Positions 59,753-64,000 of a stretch of 64,000 nt of DNA are shown one piece after another (the stretch's first letter is position 1; every line of letters begins with the position of its first letter). The stretch is from an uncultured bacterium (GTDB lineage: Bacteria; Chloroflexota; UBA5177; JANWHV01), in the NCBI GenBank assembly GCA_963729625.1, contig CAVSOU010000010.1, positions 288,001-352,000 of the forward strand, given 5' to 3'. The translations under genes were made by a program, and so were the position numbers. The notes beneath the pieces are model-generated. The model saw only the letters and a list, made by a program, of their open reading frames with translations. It did not search any database and was not told the origin of the DNA.

Positions 59753-61006
59753 ATGCCGGATACGGTGATTCACGTCAATGGAGTCGGCAAGAAGTACCGA
59801 CTGGGTGCGCGGACGGCGACCTACCGCACGCTGCGTGAGTCCGCAGTCGCGGCTGCGGCGTCTCCCCTCAGACTCGGGTTGCGCGCCATGCGCGGCGAGC
59901 CCTTGCGCCAGATCAGGCCGGAGTTCTGGGCGTTGCGCGACGTCAGTTTTGAGGTCAAGCGAGGTGAAGTGCTTGGCATCATTGGCCGGAACGGCGCCGG
60001 GAAAAGCACGTTACTCAAGGTATTGAGCCGGATCACCGAGCCGACAGAGGGCGAGATTCGTCTGCGCGGCAGAGTTGCATCGCTGCTTGAGGTAGGTACC
60101 GGCTTTCACCCCGAACTGACCGGAAGAGAGAACGTCTTCCTTAATGGGGCCATTCTTGGCATGGCCAGAGCAGAGATCCAACGGAAATTCGACGAGATAG
60201 TGGCCTTCGCGGAAGTCGAGCAGTTCATCGACACGCAGGTGAAGCACTTTTCCAGTGGCATGTACTTGCGACTCGCCTTCTCCGTGGCCGCGCACCTCGA
60301 GCCGGACGTGCTGGTGGTCGACGAGGTGCTCGCCGTGGGCGATGCGGCGTTCCAGAAGAAGAGTTTGGGCAAGATGAGCGAGGTCAGCCGGGAAGGGCGC
60401 ACAGTGCTGTTCGTCAGTCACAATATGGCGGCTATTCGGACACTATGTTCGCGCGCGATTCTGCTCGATCGCGGCCGTATTCACGATCACGGCTCGACTT
60501 CGACGGTTATCGACGCCTACCTGCAGGGCCTAGAACATGGAGAGGACGGTGACCGGCTTCCGCGATCTGACCCAGGCGCAGTCGGCGAAGGCACCCGAAT
60601 TTTCTGCACGGACCAACATGACCGGATCCGGCTGGAGTTCAAGATTTGGGAACCGTGGAGAATCCATCTTGAGTTCGATATGTTCTATGCAGCGACCGAT
60701 GTCATAGCGGCAGTTGGACTCCGTACTGTTGACGGCACGCCGCTTGTCACGTACTGGTCCAGACCGCGGGACCTGACACCGGGCTCCTATGCTGCGGTCT
60801 TTAGCTTCGACTTACCTGTGGCTCACACCGACCTGCAATTCGCGGTTGGACTAACAAGTCGAGAAAGGCAATTCTACTATGTCGATGGAGTCTCCAGGGT
60901 TTCGATTGCCGATGTTGCCTTGGGTGAGCAACCCTATCGGACACGCGACACGTCGGTGCTTGTGACCGACCAACGGCCGGAGATCTCGGAACGCGGAGCG
61001 GAGTGA
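59753..61006 (+). CDS. wzt: Polysaccharide ABC exporter ATP-binding protein with C-terminal Wzt_C domain
   Basis: GRNGAGKST, ELTGRENV, SSGMYLRLAF, DEVLAVGD, plus a C-terminal extension. Confidence 0.92.
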   Translation: MPDTVIHVNGVGKKYRLGARTATYRTLRESAVAAAASPLRLGLRAMRGEPLRQIRPEFWALRDVSFEVKRGEVLGIIGRNGAGKSTLLKVLSRITEPTEGEIRLRGRVASLLEVGTGFHPELTGRENVFLNGAILGMARAEIQRKFDEIVAFAEVEQFIDTQVKHFSSGMYLRLAFSVAAHLEPDVLVVDEVLAVGDAAFQKKSLGKMSEVSREGRTVLFVSHNMAAIRTLCSRAILLDRGRIHDHGSTSTVIDAYLQGLEHGEDGDRLPRSDPGAVGEGTRIFCTDQHDRIRLEFKIWEPWRIHLEFDMFYAATDVIAAVGLRTVDGTPLVTYWSRPRDLTPGSYAAVFSFDLPVAHTDLQFAVGLTSRERQFYYVDGVSRVSIADVALGEQPYRTRDTSVLVTDQRPEISERGAE

Positions 61007-61074
61007 GGAGAAGGATTGGTCGCAAGCTGTCCAAGATGAGGCTATACGGCTGGCGCATCGGCCGTAACGCTCCA

Positions 61075-61800
61075 CTATTGGCGCTCCGGCATTGCGACCC
61101 TAAGTTGCTTATCAAATGCCTCCAACCACACCTCTAGCATGCGCTTCTCGCTGGTGCTGGAATCCACCAAGAAACGGGAGAGATACTCTTGCGCGGTGCT
61201 ACGAGAATCGAGCAGAGATGGACTTTCCCGCGTCTTCCTGGCCTTGATCTCAAAGTTGTAAGTGCCCTGCCATTCAGTGCTGCGTATGTCCTCCGGCTTG
61301 AACGCGAAAAGCTGTAGCAGTTTCGACAGGCTCGAGCGCGTGTAACCAGCGTAGTGAACGGCCCAGCCAGCTTCCTGCGACCCGAAAATATGTCGCATCG
61401 CGAGGCACTTCCTCCGATCGCTACTTCTTCGGCTGAGTGCAATCCTCGCCATTTGCTGGAAGTCGGGCACCTCTATCCATAGAATGCCCTCACGCACGAT
61501 CCATGCGTGCCAACTCGCCAGAAGCGCGCATGCAACCGGGCGCGGAAAATGCTCGAACACATGGTGCAGTCGCACTTCAGCGATGCTGTTCGCCGCGTAC
61601 TTCAATGCGAGCAAGTCGGCATATTGGTCGGCAACGCTCGTCTCCTGCACTGTGTGCTCAGACGGTGGGAAGTCAATATTGATATATCCCTGCAGGTACG
61701 TCTGACCGCAACCAAGGTGTAGCCTTGGCAGTAATTCATCTGCAGCAGCAGTGGAATGCCCTGGGAATGCGGAGGTCGGTTTCATCCTTGCCTCCGACAT
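61075..61800 (-). CDS. Class I SAM-dependent methyltransferase
   Basis: LHLGCG..GYINID, HHVFEHF, GILWIEVPDF. Confidence 0.82.
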   Translation of the reverse strand: MSEARMKPTSAFPGHSTAAADELLPRLHLGCGQTYLQGYINIDFPPSEHTVQETSVADQYADLLALKYAANSIAEVRLHHVFEHFPRPVACALLASWHAWIVREGILWIEVPDFQQMARIALSRRSSDRRKCLAMRHIFGSQEAGWAVHYAGYTRSSLSKLLQLFAFKPEDIRSTEWQGTYNFEIKARKTRESPSLLDSRSTAQEYLSRFLVDSSTSEKRMLEVWLEAFDKQLRVAMPERQ

Positions 61801-61989
61801 GCTTGCCGCATCGAACAGATGCCAGGTGGGACCAATGAATCCTGATGCTCTCGTGCCTGAGACATAATGCGTAGAGTATCCTGATACCGTTGTGGCTTAC
61901 AAGATGTGCGATCCGTCCCGAGGCTACCTGGAAGCCAGGCAGCCCTATTGACATATTTCAGCAAAGCCGCCACAGGATAATGAGTACCC

Positions 61990-62913
61990 ATGAGCGCAGT
62001 CCCGAGTGTCTCGGTCGTAATGCCGGTATTCAATTGTGAGGCCTACGTGCGCGAGGCGATCGACAGCATATTGGGTCAGAGCCTCACTAATCTAGAGCTG
62101 ATAATCGTTGACGACGGTTCGACTGACGGCAGCCCGAACGTGTTGAGGACCGTCCGCGACCGTCGTGCCCGCGTTCTACGCCAGCGCAACAGCGGCGCGT
62201 ATGCGGCTCGCAATACCGGATTGGCTGCGGCGCGCGCAGAGTACATTGCCAGTATGGACGCCGACGACATTTGTCACCCTGACCGCCTGTGGTTGCAACA
62301 TGAATACCTTAGATCCCACCGCCAGGTAGGTCTGGTCGGCTCCTGGTACGTGCGATTCGACCGGCATCAAGAGACCGAGTACCGCGCACCTACCGAGGAT
62401 TACGACATCAAATATGCGTTGTTCAATGAGAACGTCTTCGCCGGTGGGGGGGTCATGATGCGGACTGACGTTGTTCGGCGAGCACAGGGCTACAGGTCAT
62501 TCTACGCGGACGACTATGATCTGTGGCTCAGAATCGCCGAGTTATCCGAGGCGGCAATCATTCCGATATTTCTTTACAGATACAGAATCAGCCAATCGCA
62601 GACCACCGCTACCGTTGGCTTGCGAATGCGCGACGATGGCCTGAGGGCAGTGCGGCTGGCGATCCAACGTTGCATCTCAGGGTGGGATAGTCTTGGTTAC
62701 CATAGTCCGTGGACCAACCAGAAGCGGGCGTTCGCGACAACGTGCCAGGCCTTCGCCGCGCACGCTCTAAAGTTGGGCAACATTGATCTATGTCTTCGAA
62801 TCCTGGCGTGCTCACTCAAGCGAGATCCTTTGTGGACGCTCGACGCGTGGGCGAGAAACGCCTCTCGGCTTGCAAGACGTAGGCAGCCATCAGGTATCTG
62901 GATTTCGAGATGA
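61990..62913 (+). CDS. Family 2 glycosyltransferase
   Basis: VSVVMPVFN, DDGSTD, ARNTG, MDADD, DDYDLWLR. Confidence 0.92.
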   Translation: MSAVPSVSVVMPVFNCEAYVREAIDSILGQSLTNLELIIVDDGSTDGSPNVLRTVRDRRARVLRQRNSGAYAARNTGLAAARAEYIASMDADDICHPDRLWLQHEYLRSHRQVGLVGSWYVRFDRHQETEYRAPTEDYDIKYALFNENVFAGGGVMMRTDVVRRAQGYRSFYADDYDLWLRIAELSEAAIIPIFLYRYRISQSQTTATVGLRMRDDGLRAVRLAIQRCISGWDSLGYHSPWTNQKRAFATTCQAFAAHALKLGNIDLCLRILACSLKRDPLWTLDAWARNASRLARRRQPSGIWISR

Positions 62914-63185
62914 CAGCCTGCACAACGGCATCAGTATCGGCTCTGCATTCCGTATGGCCTACGGACGCCAGACGACCTGACTGGACAGTTCCAGTGGGAT
63001 CGGGCAGAACTTGCCGGGCCCAGCCTCCGGCACGGCGCTATCCAAGCATGATGCAATCGGCTGCGGCTATGTCGTCCAGACGCGGTGAGTGTGCAACTAC
63101 TTCCTCCGTCGGCCGATCATCCAGACAGGGTGCTGCGCGGTCACAATAGTAGGCAGACCACACGGCACCCTTCGCATCCTTGAGG

Positions 63186-63905
63186 CTAGGCCAGCGTCAG
63201 TCCCAAATACGACATTCCCGGGAGCCCAACATGTTGATGAAATATCTGCTGGGGCGCATACGACTCGAGAAAGTCCTGTATGGCCAGATACGGTCCATGG
63301 TTATAGCCTGAAGACGGCTGGTAGAACGTATCGTGCACGAGTATCGCGCTGCCGCCCGCGAGCAGCCTGGCCAGCTCCAGCTCTCGCCGAACTGTCTCCT
63401 GGCGGTGATCGCCGTCGAGAAACAGCAGGCATCGGCTTGCGGGACTCGCGCGTATGAGGCGCTCGGCGATCGTAGCTCCGTCGCCGACATGCTTCTTCAC
63501 CGGAGTCCCGCGAATGAATTCTGCGTGGCGATCGCCTGGGTATTCGGGGTGCGAAGGATCAAGCAAGTCGATGGTATGGATGGCTGTCGGCGTCCGCATC
63601 CGCTTACTCAGATCGTGCCAGATGCGCGCGCTCTTGCCGAGATGCGTGCCTATGTCAATCACGATCTCAGGCGAATGGTAGGCGAAGACGGCGGTCATGA
63701 GAAGGAGTTCGTCGAGCGGGTATGGCCGATCTCCAACCGCCTTCCGCAAGTCCAGCACCGTTGTTGACGCCGCCCACTTGTCGACTTCAAGCTGTTGCGG
63801 CTTGGCAGAGCCCGACCAACCAGGTAGTGAACCGTGTTTGCGATCGATGCGAGCTCGGATGCTCGCAAGCACGCTTCTTCCAGGCCGAAGCCCACGCACG
63901 TTCAT
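63186..63905 (-). CDS. Class I SAM methyltransferase (Methyltransf_24/CmcI-like)
   Basis: IDIGTHLGKSA, TIDL, LFLDGDH, ILVHDT. RBS GGGAGG. Confidence 0.8.
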   Translation of the reverse strand: MNVRGLRPGRSVLASIRARIDRKHGSLPGWSGSAKPQQLEVDKWAASTTVLDLRKAVGDRPYPLDELLLMTAVFAYHSPEIVIDIGTHLGKSARIWHDLSKRMRTPTAIHTIDLLDPSHPEYPGDRHAEFIRGTPVKKHVGDGATIAERLIRASPASRCLLFLDGDHRQETVRRELELARLLAGGSAILVHDTFYQPSSGYNHGPYLAIQDFLESYAPQQIFHQHVGLPGMSYLGLTLA

Positions 63906-64000
63906 CAGCTACCTCCCAGGTTCGCTGCGCTATGAGTCAAGCTCAGGTTGCACCGATGCCTTGACGCTGCCCGCAATCTGCCGTGCATACTGTGTCCTGT

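Overview
GC-rich bacterial chromosomal window. It is most likely Chloroflexota, inferred from YFPxTGHSV-type repeats, an HPDE-type GT-C glycosyltransferase and T-box control. Housekeeping genes are tsf-pyrH-frr-uppS-cdsA-dxr-rseP, aspC, nfeD-SPFH, thrS with a Thr T-box, sucD/mcm, two cyclophilins, rpmI-rplT-trmH, glyA, ftsB and rpsT. Four tRNAs are present: Val-GAC, Ser-CGA, Ser-GGA and an unusual Arg-GCG. There are also sugar-use genes (GH38, GH2, Gfo/Idh/MocA, epimerases), c-di-GMP enzymes, an ArsR-patA-patA-pimA-pgsA glycolipid operon, MFS and MmpL transporters, and the start of a Wzm/Wzt polysaccharide locus. The most notable items are: (1) an intact 665-aa ORF that is collinear with DNA polymerase III alpha (DnaE) but has lost the PHP domain and all catalytic motifs, while keeping HhH, clamp-motif-like and tau-binding-like regions; (2) a dif-like XerCD site followed by a degenerate 56-bp tandem duplication carrying a second XerC arm, next to orphan genes; (3) a PIM-type operon with two acyltransferases; (4) an SRPBCC-HD-GYP fusion; (5) two candidate structured RNAs. 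Several single-base frameshifts may be consensus errors. No CRISPR array, rRNA, transposase or integrase was seen. All calls come from motif recognition by eye, with no database searches.
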